This document shows, piece after piece, positions 44,807 to 57,484 of a stretch of 64,000 nt of DNA; the stretch's first letter is position 1; each line of letters starts with the position of its first letter. The notes beneath the pieces are model-generated. The model saw nothing but the letters and a program-made list of their open reading frames with translations. It was not told the DNA's origin and ran no database searches. The stretch comes from a bacterium (GTDB lineage Bacteria > Patescibacteriota > CPR2 > UBA1875 > JAJYID01): assembly GCA_021790235.1 (NCBI GenBank), contig JAJYID010000001.1, positions 43,131 to 107,130 on the forward strand, in the 5' to 3' direction. Position numbers and translations under genes: made by a program.

Positions 44807-45793
44807 ATGAGTGTGGAAGCATTAAATATACTGGCAAAAAAGGAAAATAATGTATTTCAGTCCGACTGGTGGGCTGATTTTCAGGCAGGCTTGAAACGAA
44901 AATCCTGGGTGGTTAAGGGCGATAATATTCAAGGTTTAGTTCTAAAATATCCTTTATATAAAGATAAATATTATTTTTACTCTCCTCGTGGACCAATTAT
45001 GACAAAGAAAGCCAAGCTGCAGGATCTAAAGTTGTTTCTTCGAAAAGTTGAAAATCTGGCCAAAGAAGAAAACGCGGTTTTTTATCGCATTGAGCCATAT
45101 GAGCTAGATCAAGCGGATATTTATAAATTCGGATTTAGAAAAATCGCGAGGCATGCGCCGGTATCTCAGCAGTTTTCTCCTGAAAATACCTTAGTGCTTG
45201 ATCTAGTGAGATCCGAAGACAAGATTTTGGCCAGTATGAAGCCGAAGTGGCGTTACAATATCAGCCTTGCCAGGCGAAAAGGGGTGCAGGTTCGAGAAGG
45301 AAAAGATTTAAAGGATATAAAAATTTTTTATGAGTTAACTGAAGAAATGGAAAAACGTGGAGGTTATACAGGTCACGAGTTTTCTTATTATAAAAAAATG
45401 TTTGAGACTCTCGGGAAAAGTGATTGTTTAAAACTTTTTATTACAGAGTTTGAGGGCAAACCTTTGGCAGCTATATTGGTTTCTTACTTTGGCCAGGTAG
45501 CGACTTATTTGCATGGAGCTTCAGGAAATGAAAAAAGGGAACTGATGCCAACTTATCTGTTGCAGTGGGCAGCAATTCAAGAGGCGCGGAAAAGACATTG
45601 CCACGAGTATGACTTTTGGGGAGTGGCTCCCAAGAGCGCGAAAAATCATCCTTGGGCCGGCATTTCCAGGTTTAAGCGAGGTTTCGGTGGGGAAGAGCTG
45701 GAGTTTGGTGGGGTATATGATTTGGCATTTGACAAAAAATATTATCGTCTTCTCTCTGAGGTAAATCGGTTCAGGAAGGTTTTCAAGAAATAA
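44807..45793 (+). CDS. FemABX/lipid II:amino-acid transferase family
   Basis: FQSDWWADF, YSPRGP, MKPKWRYNISLARRKGV, YLHGAS, YDFWG, GISRFKRGFGG. Confidence 0.92.
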   Translation: MSVEALNILAKKENNVFQSDWWADFQAGLKRKSWVVKGDNIQGLVLKYPLYKDKYYFYSPRGPIMTKKAKLQDLKLFLRKVENLAKEENAVFYRIEPYELDQADIYKFGFRKIARHAPVSQQFSPENTLVLDLVRSEDKILASMKPKWRYNISLARRKGVQVREGKDLKDIKIFYELTEEMEKRGGYTGHEFSYYKKMFETLGKSDCLKLFITEFEGKPLAAILVSYFGQVATYLHGASGNEKRELMPTYLLQWAAIQEARKRHCHEYDFWGVAPKSAKNHPWAGISRFKRGFGGEELEFGGVYDLAFDKKYYRLLSEVNRFRKVFKK

Positions 45794-45803
45794 TTTAAAA
45801 AAT

Positions 45804-47135
45804 ATGAACCAAGTATTAGCAATCATTAAAAAAATAATTCCGAGATCTGTTTTTCATCTTTTTCAGCCCGCATATCATTTTTTTCTGGCCTTTACTGGAA
45901 ACATAATTTACGGATTTCCCGGTTATAAAATGACAGTGATAGGTGTGACCGGTACAAACGGCAAAAGTACGACGGTAGAAATTATTACGGATATTTTAAA
46001 AACTACAGGCGAAAAAGTCGGAATGATTTCGACGGTAGATATTGAGATCGCCGGCCACAGAGAAGAAAACAAGATTGGTAGAACTACCATCGGGCGTTGG
46101 GGAACGCACAGACTTATGCGGCAGATGGTTCAGTCTGGCTGCAAATATGCGGTGATTGAAGTGGCGAGCGAAGGCATCGCTTGGCACCGAATCTGGGGTA
46201 TACCTTTTGACGGAGCAGTTTTTACTTGTCTCGCTCCGGAGCACCTGAATTTTCACAAAACAATGGAAAACTATCGAAATACCAAAGGAAAACTTTTTAA
46301 AAAACTCTCGAGCCCATTTAACTTTAAAAAAACAAAGAGAGTCAGCGTGATAAACGCCGATGATAAAGAAGCAGATTATTTCCTATCTTTTAAAGCGGAT
46401 GAGAAATATACATTTGGAATACAAAAAGGCATGGTAAAAGCGAAGAATATAAAATTGGCACCGGATGGAACCAGTTTTGAGATTACCGGCGAGGGTGGGA
46501 ATCATAAAGTTAAAACAAAAGCGCTTGGAAAATTTAATGTTTTGAACGAACTTGCCGCGTATTGCGTGGGTTTAAGTATGGAAGCGGATAAAGCCAAAAT
46601 TATAAAAATTCTTGAAGATTTTTCAGGTACAAGAGGGCGGGCTGAAAAGATTGAGATCGGGCAGAGTTTCAATGTTATAGTTGATTATGCTGTTACGCCG
46701 GATGCCCAAACCGCTTTGTATGAGAGCTTGCAGGGCATTACCAAAGGAAAGCTGATAAGTGTTTTTGGCGCGACGGGGGATAGAGATAAAACCAAACGTC
46801 CGGAGATGGGGAAGACAGCTGCAGAACTTACCGATATTGTAGTGCTGACCGATGATGAAACTTATACCGAAAGCTCGAAGGATATTATTGATGAAGTTTA
46901 TACTGGAGTTCCTGATAATTTAAAAGAGAGAGTAAAGATTGTGCCCGATAGAATGAAAGCCATTAAAAAGGCAATTGATTTAGCAAGTACGGGCGATACA
47001 GTTGTGATCACCGGTATCGGCCATCAGAAATCGCGCAATATGGGCGGCAGGAAAATGCCATGGAATGAAAGGAAAATCATTATGGATCTATTAAAAGATT
47101 TAGACAAATTGAACAAGAAAGGGAGTGGAAAATGA
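45804..47135 (+). CDS. murE: UDP-MurNAc-tripeptide synthetase (MurE)
   Basis: GVTGTNGKST, EHLNFH, INADD, VDYAVTPD, FGATGDRDKTKRPEMG. Confidence 0.9.
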   Translation: MNQVLAIIKKIIPRSVFHLFQPAYHFFLAFTGNIIYGFPGYKMTVIGVTGTNGKSTTVEIITDILKTTGEKVGMISTVDIEIAGHREENKIGRTTIGRWGTHRLMRQMVQSGCKYAVIEVASEGIAWHRIWGIPFDGAVFTCLAPEHLNFHKTMENYRNTKGKLFKKLSSPFNFKKTKRVSVINADDKEADYFLSFKADEKYTFGIQKGMVKAKNIKLAPDGTSFEITGEGGNHKVKTKALGKFNVLNELAAYCVGLSMEADKAKIIKILEDFSGTRGRAEKIEIGQSFNVIVDYAVTPDAQTALYESLQGITKGKLISVFGATGDRDKTKRPEMGKTAAELTDIVVLTDDETYTESSKDIIDEVYTGVPDNLKERVKIVPDRMKAIKKAIDLASTGDTVVITGIGHQKSRNMGGRKMPWNERKIIMDLLKDLDKLNKKGSGK

Positions 47136-48559
47136 AAATTAATCCTAATATGTTTCGTGGTTACGACCTTCGCGGTATTGCAGGTCAAGACCTAACGTCT
47201 GAGATAGTAGAGCATATCGGCCGGGCTCACGGTACCTACATGAAACGCCGGGGAATGTCAGAAGCAGTAGTCGGACATGACTGCAGAACTACTAGTGCGG
47301 AATATAGCGATGCTTTAATTCGCGGCTATACGTGGACTGGTGTGAATGTTACAGACATTGGGATGAATCTGGTAGGGATGTTCTACTGGTCACAATACTA
47401 CTTAAAGATTAAAGGCGGCGCTTTTGTGACCGCTTCGCATAATCCACCTGAGTATAACGGTTTTAAATTTGCCTGCGACTACAGTGAAACGTTGGTTAGC
47501 GATGGAATGCAAGAGTTAAGGCGGATGGTTGAAGAAGAGGATTATGAACAGGGCGAGAAACCGGGTCAGGTTGTACAACAAGATATTAGGGAAATTTATT
47601 TTAGCGATATTTTAAAGAGAGTACCTCTAAAAAAGAAATTCAAAGTTGTAGTTGATCCCAGCTGTTCGACTGCCGGTGGGATAGTACCTCAGATTTTGAG
47701 AAAGGCTGGGTGTGAAGTAGTAGAAAAAAACTGTGAAATTGATCCGTCATTTCCGCTCGGAACACCTGACCCGACGGAATCTAAGGTGGCAAATAGAATT
47801 CGACAAGAAGTTCTGGATGCTCAAGCTGATATCGGATTTTCATATGACGCTGACGGAGATCGGATAGGCATCATTGATGAAAAGGGCGATATCATTTGGA
47901 ATGATGTTTTAGTAGCGCTTTTTGCCAGTGATGTTTTAGCTGGCCATCCGGGAGCTAAAATTATGTACAATACCCTTTGCTCGAAAGTAGTAGAAGATAC
48001 GATAAAAGAAAAGGGTGGTGTACCTTTTATGTGGCGGACCGGGCATTCATTTTTAAAAAAGAAAAATCAAGAGGTAAAAGCGGCTTTTATTGGTGAACTT
48101 TCCGGGCATTTCTTTTTCAGCGCCGACTTCTATAACCATGATGACGGCATATATTCTACAATGCGTCTTCTGAAGTATCTGGTGGAGACAAACCAGTCGC
48201 TTTCTGAAGCGGTCGACAAACTGCCGAATTATATATCTAGCCCTGAAATAAAGATTGGATGTGCCGATGACAAGAAAATTGCCCTAATAGAAAAGATAAG
48301 CACAGTTTTAGAAAAAGACTTTCCAGAAGCGGAAGTTATAGGAGATGAAAGAGCGGGGGACGGAGTTCGTCTTAATATAGATGATTCCATGTTCGTGGTG
48401 CGGTACTCTCAGAATGGGCCTTACCTGACAGTTAAGTTTGAAGCCAAAACTCAGGGAAAGTACAACTCTCTAAGGGATTACCTAAACAGGCTCTTGCATG
48501 GATACAAAGAGATCAGCTGGGTAAATGATACGATCAATGCTGAGGCTTTAGAACACTAG
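47132..48559 (+). CDS. phosphomannomutase/phosphoglucomutase
   Basis: FRGYDLRG, TASHNPPEYNG, DADGDR, GELSGH. Confidence 0.93.
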   Translation: MKINPNMFRGYDLRGIAGQDLTSEIVEHIGRAHGTYMKRRGMSEAVVGHDCRTTSAEYSDALIRGYTWTGVNVTDIGMNLVGMFYWSQYYLKIKGGAFVTASHNPPEYNGFKFACDYSETLVSDGMQELRRMVEEEDYEQGEKPGQVVQQDIREIYFSDILKRVPLKKKFKVVVDPSCSTAGGIVPQILRKAGCEVVEKNCEIDPSFPLGTPDPTESKVANRIRQEVLDAQADIGFSYDADGDRIGIIDEKGDIIWNDVLVALFASDVLAGHPGAKIMYNTLCSKVVEDTIKEKGGVPFMWRTGHSFLKKKNQEVKAAFIGELSGHFFFSADFYNHDDGIYSTMRLLKYLVETNQSLSEAVDKLPNYISSPEIKIGCADDKKIALIEKISTVLEKDFPEAEVIGDERAGDGVRLNIDDSMFVVRYSQNGPYLTVKFEAKTQGKYNSLRDYLNRLLHGYKEISWVNDTINAEALEH

Positions 48560-49543
48560 TCCTACTGCTTTCTTGATCCGCTTTAATGTAGCTTGGGCGC
48601 GGGGCGCGACAGTTTCTGCCCCTTCTTTTAGAACTTTTTTGACATAATCTTCGTTTTTGTCATATTCGGCAAGTTTGGCTTGAATCGGTGCAAGCATCTC
48701 TATTACTGAATCAGCGACATCTGATTTAAACTGGTCATAGTTAGAGCTCACACTTTTTTTTTCTAATTGTGGGATTGGTGTATCTGTTGCAACCGACATT
48801 ATATTTAAGAGGTTTGAAATGCCGGGTTTCTTTTCTTTATCGAATTTGATTTTATTGTCGGAATCGGTGACGGCTCGAGAAAATTTCTTTCGAATTGTTT
48901 CGGCATTGTCACGTAAATAGATTGAATTATTTGGATTCACATCGCTTTTTGCCATTTTTTTTGTTGGTTCTCCGAGTTTCATTATTTTGGCACCTGTCTT
49001 TTTTATTATTGGCTCAGGAACAGTAAATAACCTATCGAACTTTTTATTCATCCTTTCTGCAATATTACGAGTAAGTTCAACGTGTTGTTTTTGATCCTCG
49101 CCCACAGGTACTTCATCAGTATCATATAGTAAGATATCTGCTGCCATGAGTACAGGATAGTCAAATAGGCCGACAGTGACATTTTTCTTTTTTTCTCTGT
49201 ATTGATCTTTGAATTGAGTCATGCGGCTGGCTTCGCCAAAGTAAGTAAAACAATTTAAAATCCAGGTAAGTTCTGAATGTTCAGGTCGGTCAGATTGAAT
49301 AAAGAAAGCGGATTTCTTTGGATCTAAACCTGCAGCCAAATAAATTTTTGCAAACTCCAAATTTCTTCTTTTAACCTCTTTAGGGTCTTGGGGTACTGTA
49401 ATTGAATGAAGGTCTACAATACAAAAAATATTTTCTTTTTCATCTTGAGAGGCCACCCAGTTTACTAAGGCACCCATGTAATTGCCAATAGTAAAATCTC
49501 CGCTAGGTTTAATACCTGAAAAAACTCTTTTCTTATTACTCAT
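48548..49543 (-). CDS. trpS: tryptophan-tRNA ligase
   Basis: FSGIKPSG, TIGNY, YPVLMAADILLY, VPVGEDQKQH, KMAKS; start MSNKK at 49543. Confidence 0.96.
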   Translation of the reverse strand: MSNKKRVFSGIKPSGDFTIGNYMGALVNWVASQDEKENIFCIVDLHSITVPQDPKEVKRRNLEFAKIYLAAGLDPKKSAFFIQSDRPEHSELTWILNCFTYFGEASRMTQFKDQYREKKKNVTVGLFDYPVLMAADILLYDTDEVPVGEDQKQHVELTRNIAERMNKKFDRLFTVPEPIIKKTGAKIMKLGEPTKKMAKSDVNPNNSIYLRDNAETIRKKFSRAVTDSDNKIKFDKEKKPGISNLLNIMSVATDTPIPQLEKKSVSSNYDQFKSDVADSVIEMLAPIQAKLAEYDKNEDYVKKVLKEGAETVAPRAQATLKRIKKAVGLVF

Positions 49544-49632
49544 GGCTATAAATATAGCAGGGAAAGGCAAAACAGTAAACTATTAAAGCTGAAATTTTTC
49601 TTGACACTAGATAAGCCATTTGATATATTAAT

Positions 49633-49659
49633 TTAGCACTCATGGTATGAGAGTGCTAA
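49633..49659 (+). promoter_or_regulatory. CIRCE element (HrcA operator)
   Basis: Perfect TTAGCACTC-N9-GAGTGCTAA directly after a TTGACA-17-TATATT promoter (49601-49629), upstream of groES. Confidence 0.95.
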
Positions 49660-49683
49660 GATAAACTTAAGATACTATTAAAT

Positions 49684-49750
49684 TGTCATCCTTGAGTCCC
49701 GATTGGTCGGGGTGAAGGATCTAGAGATTCTTCGTTTCACTCAGAATGAC
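49684..49750. repeat. REP/MITE-like palindromic element (GTCATYC...GAATGAC)
   Basis: TGTCATCCTTGAG...GAAGGATCT AGAGATTCTTCGTTTCACTCAGAATGAC; partial copies at 38806, 50086, 61511 and 62725. Confidence 0.65.
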
Positions 49751-49769
49751 GGAAACAGGAGAGTTTACT

Positions 49770-50033
49770 ATGGCAAAGTTAAAACCACTAGCTGATAAGA
49801 TTGTTGTTGAAAGAACTCAGGCAGTTGAGAAAACTGCCGGAGGTATTGTTATCCCCGACACCGCCAAAGAAAAACCCGAGCAGGGCAAGGTGATATCAGT
49901 CGGTCAAGACGTCAAAGAAGTTAAAGGCGGCGATAAAGTTCTTTTCGGCAAATATTCGCCGACTGAAGTTAAAATTGACGGAAAAGAATATTTGCTTATT
50001 AAAGAAGAAGATGTACTGGCAATTGTTGGGTAA
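49770..50033 (+). CDS. groES: co-chaperonin GroES
   Basis: [28 protein letters not shown]; AGGAG RBS before 49770. Confidence 0.97.
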   Translation: MAKLKPLADKIVVERTQAVEKTAGGIVIPDTAKEKPEQGKVISVGQDVKEVKGGDKVLFGKYSPTEVKIDGKEYLLIKEEDVLAIVG

Positions 50034-50157
50034 CAATTGCAATACTTAATTAATAATTTCTAATCAATTCATAAATATTGAAAGAAGAATTCTGGGCAAG
50101 ACAGAATGACAATTCAACAAAAAACAATTAGAACTAATGACTGAAAGGAGTTACTAA

Positions 50158-51783
<1,626 letters not shown>

Positions 51784-51865
51784 ATAAAAAGCCCTTTAAA
51801 AGGTCTTTTTTTAAATGCTCAATTTACAATTTTCATTGATTTACAAAGGCATTAATTCTCAAACC

Positions 51866-51891
51866 ACTAAACTAAACCGGTTTAGTTTAGT
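51866..51891. promoter_or_regulatory. perfect 26-bp palindrome, LacI-family operator-like
   Basis: ACTAAACTAAACCGGTTTAGTTTAGT. Confidence 0.55.
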
Positions 51892-51981
51892 ACTGAAGTC
51901 ATTTTTATTAGGGTTATCGAGGTGCACTTCAGGAGCAGATAAAAACAGCATAAAAACATACTGGATAATGAGCGACACTAT

Positions 51982-52015
51982 GCAAAAGAGCAGCGGTTTT
52001 GCTCTTTTGCTTTTT
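51982..52015 (+). terminator. terminator-like hairpin upstream of pgi
   Basis: GCAAAAGAGCA-GCGGTTT-TGCTCTTTTGC-TTTTT. Confidence 0.7.
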
Positions 52016-52062
52016 AGAGAAAATTATTTATGTTAGAATGTCCTTATTGATTTGGAGCAAAA

Positions 52063-53229
52063 ATGATTAAATTTGATTTTAATGGTTTAAGATCTCAAAA
52101 GGAAGTCAAGATACAGTCTGATGATTTTGATTTTACTCGGGTTCAGCCGAACATGGATATAATCCTTGAAATTGCCGGAAAGTACGGCAATTTAAAAAAC
52201 CTAGTTTTAATTGCTCGCGGAGGCTCTGTCTCTACTTTTCGGGCTTTCTGGGAAGGTTACGGCAAATACATTTCCGATAAAAATGTATATTTTGTAGACA
52301 CGGTCGACCCGGACTATATTTTCTACGTCAAAGACAAATGCACACCACAGGATTCACTAGTGATCTCTATTTCCAAGTCTGGTATCACCGTCGATGTCCT
52401 CGAAACTGTCTTTGCTTTTTCTGATTTCACCCAGGTGGTTATTACAAGCGGCGATAATAATCCTTTAAATGGTATAGCTAAAGAAATGGGTTATGATGTG
52501 ATTATCCATCCTGAAATCGGTGGCAGATTTTCCGGGTTAACCGAGGCAGGTCTTTTCCCGTCTTTACTCTGTGGTTTGGATATTTCAGAAATTAGAAATG
52601 GAGCTTTAGAAGGATATAATGATTTTACTTCACCGGCCAATGATGTTCTTACATTATCATCAGTTGTAAAAGAATTATCCGATAAAGGTTATGATCAGAT
52701 TTTCTGGCCTTTTTACTCCAAAAGACTAGCCGCTTTCTCTGAGCTCGCGGCTCAGCTTATAAATGAGTCAGTTGCAAAAGACGGAAAAGGAATCAGTACT
52801 ATTATCGCAGAAGGTCCGGAAAGCCAACACTATTTAAATCAAAGGTTTTTTGGCGGGCCTAAAAATATGTTCGGTCTTTTTACTACTGTTACTAGTTTTA
52901 ATGAAGAAGAAAAAGTTATAATACCCGATAATCTGCAGGATTTGTCGCTTAGAGATGGAAGATTGGGAGACTTAAATGGAATGAATCTAGCGGATAGTAT
53001 AAAGTTTGAACTTCAAGGCACATTTGAGGAAACAAAAAATGGAAATATTCCTGCAGTAAAAATTGAAGTTGAAAAGGTTGATGAGTTTAACTTGGGTTAT
53101 TTTACAGCATTTCTACAGGTCTTTGCCGTATATCTCGCTAAAGCATTTGAAGTGAATCCATTTGACCAGCCGGAAGTTGAAGGTGCGAAAAAAATCAGTT
53201 TTGAGGCAAGAAAGAACTATAAAAAGTAA
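52063..53229 (+). CDS. pgi: glucose-6-phosphate isomerase (compact SIS type)
   Basis: ISKSGIT, IGGRFSGL, QLINESVAK, VNPFDQPEVEGAK. Confidence 0.85.
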   Translation: MIKFDFNGLRSQKEVKIQSDDFDFTRVQPNMDIILEIAGKYGNLKNLVLIARGGSVSTFRAFWEGYGKYISDKNVYFVDTVDPDYIFYVKDKCTPQDSLVISISKSGITVDVLETVFAFSDFTQVVITSGDNNPLNGIAKEMGYDVIIHPEIGGRFSGLTEAGLFPSLLCGLDISEIRNGALEGYNDFTSPANDVLTLSSVVKELSDKGYDQIFWPFYSKRLAAFSELAAQLINESVAKDGKGISTIIAEGPESQHYLNQRFFGGPKNMFGLFTTVTSFNEEEKVIIPDNLQDLSLRDGRLGDLNGMNLADSIKFELQGTFEETKNGNIPAVKIEVEKVDEFNLGYFTAFLQVFAVYLAKAFEVNPFDQPEVEGAKKISFEARKNYKK

Positions 53230-53280
53230 ATAGACTCTGTTATAATCGCCAAACTAAAGGTAAACTCGGGCTTTATATTT

Positions 53281-55029
53281 ATGTCCAATGAAGTAGAGGA
53301 AATAAAAGATAAGCTGGATATAGTTGACTATGTCGGCAGAGTGGTGCAGCTGAAAAAGAATGGTGTAAACTTTAAAGGTTTGTGCCCTTTTCACAGTGAA
53401 AAAACGCCCTCCTTTATAGTAAGCCAGGACAAACAGATATTTCATTGTTTCGGATGTAACGAAGGCGGAGACATCTTTACTTGGGTAATGAAGATAGACG
53501 GGATGGAGTTTGGTGAAGCCTTAAAAAAACTGGCTTCAGATGCCGGAGTTACTTTGACTCGTAACTATAATCCTGCGCAAAACGACAGGAGAGAAAAATT
53601 ATTTCTGACCAATGAAGAAACTTGTAAATTTTTTCAGAAAAATTTGCAAGCACCGATTGGTAAAAAGGCCTTAGATTATTTAAAAAAAAGAAAATTGAAC
53701 GATAAAACAATTAAAGAATTTAGACTTGGTTATGCCCCGGGGGGTAATGCTCTTTTAAAAAAATTAATAGCCGAAGGTTATAGTAAAGCAGACCTTGTGA
53801 ATGCTGGCGTCACAAAAATTAGAGACAGCAAACTGGTGGATCAGTTTAGAAACCGCGTGACTTTTCCTATTATTAATTCCGGTGGTCGAGTAGTTGGTTT
53901 TTCAGCTAGAGTTTTGGGTGATGCTTTACCCAAATATATCAATACGCCTTCCACCGATATATATGACAAGTCAGCGATTCTATATGGTATTTGTCAGGCT
54001 AAAGAAGCTATCCGTAAACAAAATCATACTATTATTGTTGAGGGTAACATGGATGTAATCGCTTCCCATCAAGCCGGTGTGAAGAACGTGGTAGCATCAA
54101 GCGGTACGGCGTTAACTGAACGTCAGCTTGATATTTTAAAAAAATTTAGTCCAAATATAAAACTCGCCTTTGATATAGATCCAGCAGGAGACTTAGCGAC
54201 TAGGCGCGCTATCGAGATTGCATTCAGCAAGGGTATCAATGTAAAGATTATTGTTATACCTGAAGGGAAAGACCCAGCTGAAGTAGTGGCAAAAAATGCT
54301 AAAGTCTGGATTGAGTCGGTTAAAAAAGCAGAGTATGTCATGGATTATTTATTTAATAAATTATTTATCGATGAAAACCTCAATGATATTTTGAAAAAGA
54401 AAAAAGCGACTCGAGAATTTTTAGCTTTTATAGCAAAGATCGATGATTTTGTAGAAAAAGAACATTACATAAAAAAATTAGCTGATAAAATAAAGGTCAA
54501 CGAAGATTCTATCAGAGGGAGCCTAAAGCCCAAGAAAGATAATCCAGCGAATCAAGATGAAAAAAAGAAGACTGCTTCAAAAAATGATTTGAGAGAAAGA
54601 ATTGAAAAGAGAATATTAGCTTTAGGATTAAATAACCCCAAAAATCTACCATTGATCATAAAAGAGCTGCCTGAGGAGGATTTTAAAAAACCAGAAACCA
54701 TAATGCTTTACAAAAAGGTAAAAAATCATTATAATTTGTCAAAAGGTTTTGATCTTAAAAGTTTTGGCAAGCTTTTTAGCAAAGAAGAAGCCGAGAGTAT
54801 GAATGTTTTACTTTTAAAGTGCGAACTAGAAACAGAAGACCTGACTCAAGGAGAAATAAGTGATGAGATTTTCTATCTGGTTAAAAAAATAAGAAAATTA
54901 AACATTCAGAATGAAAAGGCAAAGTTAGCGGAGGACATAAAAAAAGCCGAAGCCAGGAAGGATAATAAATGGGAAAAAAAACTGATCGAAAAAATGCAGC
55001 TGCTTCTAAAAAAGGAACAAAAACTGTAA
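53281..55029 (+). CDS. dnaG: DNA primase
   Basis: [13 protein letters not shown]...[32 protein letters not shown]. Confidence 0.97.
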   Translation: MSNEVEEIKDKLDIVDYVGRVVQLKKNGVNFKGLCPFHSEKTPSFIVSQDKQIFHCFGCNEGGDIFTWVMKIDGMEFGEALKKLASDAGVTLTRNYNPAQNDRREKLFLTNEETCKFFQKNLQAPIGKKALDYLKKRKLNDKTIKEFRLGYAPGGNALLKKLIAEGYSKADLVNAGVTKIRDSKLVDQFRNRVTFPIINSGGRVVGFSARVLGDALPKYINTPSTDIYDKSAILYGICQAKEAIRKQNHTIIVEGNMDVIASHQAGVKNVVASSGTALTERQLDILKKFSPNIKLAFDIDPAGDLATRRAIEIAFSKGINVKIIVIPEGKDPAEVVAKNAKVWIESVKKAEYVMDYLFNKLFIDENLNDILKKKKATREFLAFIAKIDDFVEKEHYIKKLADKIKVNEDSIRGSLKPKKDNPANQDEKKKTASKNDLRERIEKRILALGLNNPKNLPLIIKELPEEDFKKPETIMLYKKVKNHYNLSKGFDLKSFGKLFSKEEAESMNVLLLKCELETEDLTQGEISDEIFYLVKKIRKLNIQNEKAKLAEDIKKAEARKDNKWEKKLIEKMQLLLKKEQKL

Positions 55030-56201
55030 AGAAAATAGTACAGAAGTCAGCAAAAAAAACTAGAGTTCAACCGGTGTCGAAAAAAATTGAAAAGATAAAG
55101 ACGGTCGAGAAAAAAACTCAGGATGAAACGTTTGAAAATAAAGAAACAACACTTTTAAAAAAAGGTAAGGCTCAAGGGTTCGTGACCCAAGACGAAATTT
55201 TAGCAATTTTCCCCGATGTTGAAGAGAATATCGAGCAACTCGATGAAATCTATGCTGATCTCTCTGAAAAGGGTATTGATGTTATAGATAGTAGAGAAAA
55301 AATGATTTGGGGGGATAAGGCAGAATTTGGTTCAGAAACAGACGAGAAAGATATAACAGTTGAAGTGAGCGATTTCGCTGATGATTCAGTGAGAATGTAT
55401 TTGAGAGAAATTGGAAAAATCCCGCTGCTTACAAGAGAAGAAGAAGTTACATTAGCAAAAAGAGTAGCTGAAGGCGACTTGTCAGCTAAAAAGGATCTTA
55501 CGAAAGCAAACTTAAGATTAGTTGTTTCTATTGCCAAAAAATTTATGGGACGAGGCTTGGATCTGCTTGATTTAATCGAGGAAGGTAATACTGGTCTTAT
55601 GCGAGCGGTTGAAAAATTTGATTATACTAAAGGTTTTAAATTTTCAACTTATGCAACGTGGTGGATTAGGCAGGCTATAACTCGCGCTATAGCTGACCAA
55701 GCCAGAACTATCCGGATTCCGGTTCATATGGTAGAAACTATTAATAAACTTTTAAGGACAAAAAGGAGGCTACTACAGGATCTTGGTCGGGAACCTTTGC
55801 CTGAAGAATTGGCGACTGAGATGGAAATGGATGTAGCTAAAATAAATCACATTCTGAAAATATCTCAAGATACGGTATCAATTGATGCGCAGATTGGTGA
55901 AGAGGAAGATTCACGTTTAGCAGATTTCATAGAAGATCAGGAAGCAGTTACTCCAGCTGAAGCGGCCACTAGCGAACTCTTGAAGGAAAACATTAAACAA
56001 GTTTTGGAATTTTTGACTCCGAGAGAACAAAAGATTTTACGAATGCGCTTTGGCCTTGATGATGGTCATGGCCATACATTAGAAGAAACCGGTCAGGAGT
56101 TTGGAGTCACCAGAGAAAGAATTCGTCAGATCGAGGCTAAAGCCCTTATGAAACTACGCAAACATAGGGAAAGTAAAAAACTACAGGATTATTTGCGTTA
56201 G
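54969..56201 (+). CDS. rpoD: primary sigma factor RpoD
   Basis: [56 protein letters not shown]. Confidence 0.97.
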   Translation: MGKKTDRKNAAASKKGTKTVKKIVQKSAKKTRVQPVSKKIEKIKTVEKKTQDETFENKETTLLKKGKAQGFVTQDEILAIFPDVEENIEQLDEIYADLSEKGIDVIDSREKMIWGDKAEFGSETDEKDITVEVSDFADDSVRMYLREIGKIPLLTREEEVTLAKRVAEGDLSAKKDLTKANLRLVVSIAKKFMGRGLDLLDLIEEGNTGLMRAVEKFDYTKGFKFSTYATWWIRQAITRAIADQARTIRIPVHMVETINKLLRTKRRLLQDLGREPLPEELATEMEMDVAKINHILKISQDTVSIDAQIGEEEDSRLADFIEDQEAVTPAEAATSELLKENIKQVLEFLTPREQKILRMRFGLDDGHGHTLEETGQEFGVTRERIRQIEAKALMKLRKHRESKKLQDYLR

Positions 56202-56210
56202 TTTGTCCCT

Positions 56211-57395
56211 CTAAATTGCTGGCATTGGGGAACTGCTAGGAGAAAAAATTGGAAGAGGTTGATCCTTGATGTTAAAGGTATCTTTATAAGAAACGGCATT
56301 AGCTGGTTGTTGAAATGTAAAACCTTTGTTGATATCAGAAACCTGTAATGCAAGATCTACTATCATATCTTTAGTATTTAGAGTGAGATCAAGCCGATGA
56401 ATGGTATGATCTTTTTTACCAATCAAAAAATCGCCATTTATACTACTAATGTTTTGGGAGAGATATTGTTTTAGGTCAGACTTTTCACCAGTTGTAAGTA
56501 TAGTACCATTCTCATCTAAATAAGTTATTAGATTGTCAGAAAGATTATTTTTATCAAGATTAAAAATAAACTGGTTACAGTTGACTCCACTCACACTCTC
56601 GTCGGTGATTTTTTGAAAGCTTTTAAATATTTTAGCTTCAGACATTGAATCACTAAGACTCATGTTTGATTTTGGTTTTGAAGCTGCATCTGCTGTTGGA
56701 GATTTTTTATTTTTTTCAGCTTGAGTTTCAAAGTAGAACCATTTGTCTTGTATTTTTGGTTGCCCTGGTTTATCAGGGCTAGGAAATTTGGATAGTTTAA
56801 AATATAAATCATCTTTATTACTCAAAAGTTCAACTTGAGGGCTGGTATAACCGGCAGGCACCTCGATTTTAATGGTGAGATCACTATTAAATCCTTTCGT
56901 CAAGTCAAAATTGCCATTTGTTAAAAAAGCTAGTTCTGTTAAATTTTCTTGTGATTTATTAGATGCCCCAGCAACTGGTTTTAAAACTAGTCTACCTTCA
57001 AGATGACCGGAGTTAATTTTACCTAGACTGGATAGGGTGAGGTATTTAGTTAATATTGGGTTAAAGTAAGAATATGCAAATACACCGCCAATAATTAAAA
57101 GTATTCCTACAAAAACCGATCCTGTAATGGCAAACATCTTTTTTTTGCTGAGAAATGTTTTTATTTCCATATCCGAACCGGAAATTCCCGCAAAATTTGA
57201 TGTTTGTGGGTTAATAGTATTTGTATAGATATCATTAAGATTGTTAATGATTAAATTACCAATTGACGTAAAAGCTTCTCCAATCTGCAGATCCTGCCAA
57301 CCTGTTGATTTCAATTTTAGCTTTATATCAGTGTCACTCATTCCAAGTTCTCGGCAGCTTTCGATATATTCAATTAGTTTTGGATCTACCAACAT
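56211..57395 (-). CDS. membrane-anchored LppX/LolA-like beta-fold protein
   Basis: VDPKLIEYI...GMSDTDI...GWQ N-terminal domain, TM, DESVSGVNCNQF, LIGKKDH; paralog of 29300-30328. Confidence 0.6.
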   Translation of the reverse strand: MLVDPKLIEYIESCRELGMSDTDIKLKLKSTGWQDLQIGEAFTSIGNLIINNLNDIYTNTINPQTSNFAGISGSDMEIKTFLSKKKMFAITGSVFVGILLIIGGVFAYSYFNPILTKYLTLSSLGKINSGHLEGRLVLKPVAGASNKSQENLTELAFLTNGNFDLTKGFNSDLTIKIEVPAGYTSPQVELLSNKDDLYFKLSKFPSPDKPGQPKIQDKWFYFETQAEKNKKSPTADAASKPKSNMSLSDSMSEAKIFKSFQKITDESVSGVNCNQFIFNLDKNNLSDNLITYLDENGTILTTGEKSDLKQYLSQNISSINGDFLIGKKDHTIHRLDLTLNTKDMIVDLALQVSDINKGFTFQQPANAVSYKDTFNIKDQPLPIFSPSSSPMPAI

Positions 57396-57484
57396 ACACC
57401 TCAATAAAACATAATAGTAAAAGCATTTTCATTATAATTACTTAATTATTTCTTGCCAAGTATTAGATAAAAAATCAATATTTT

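Noticed and set aside
51815-52036. 73-aa ORF between groEL and pgi
   Set aside because: It has no RBS, begins right after the groEL terminator, and runs through a palindrome and a terminator hairpin.
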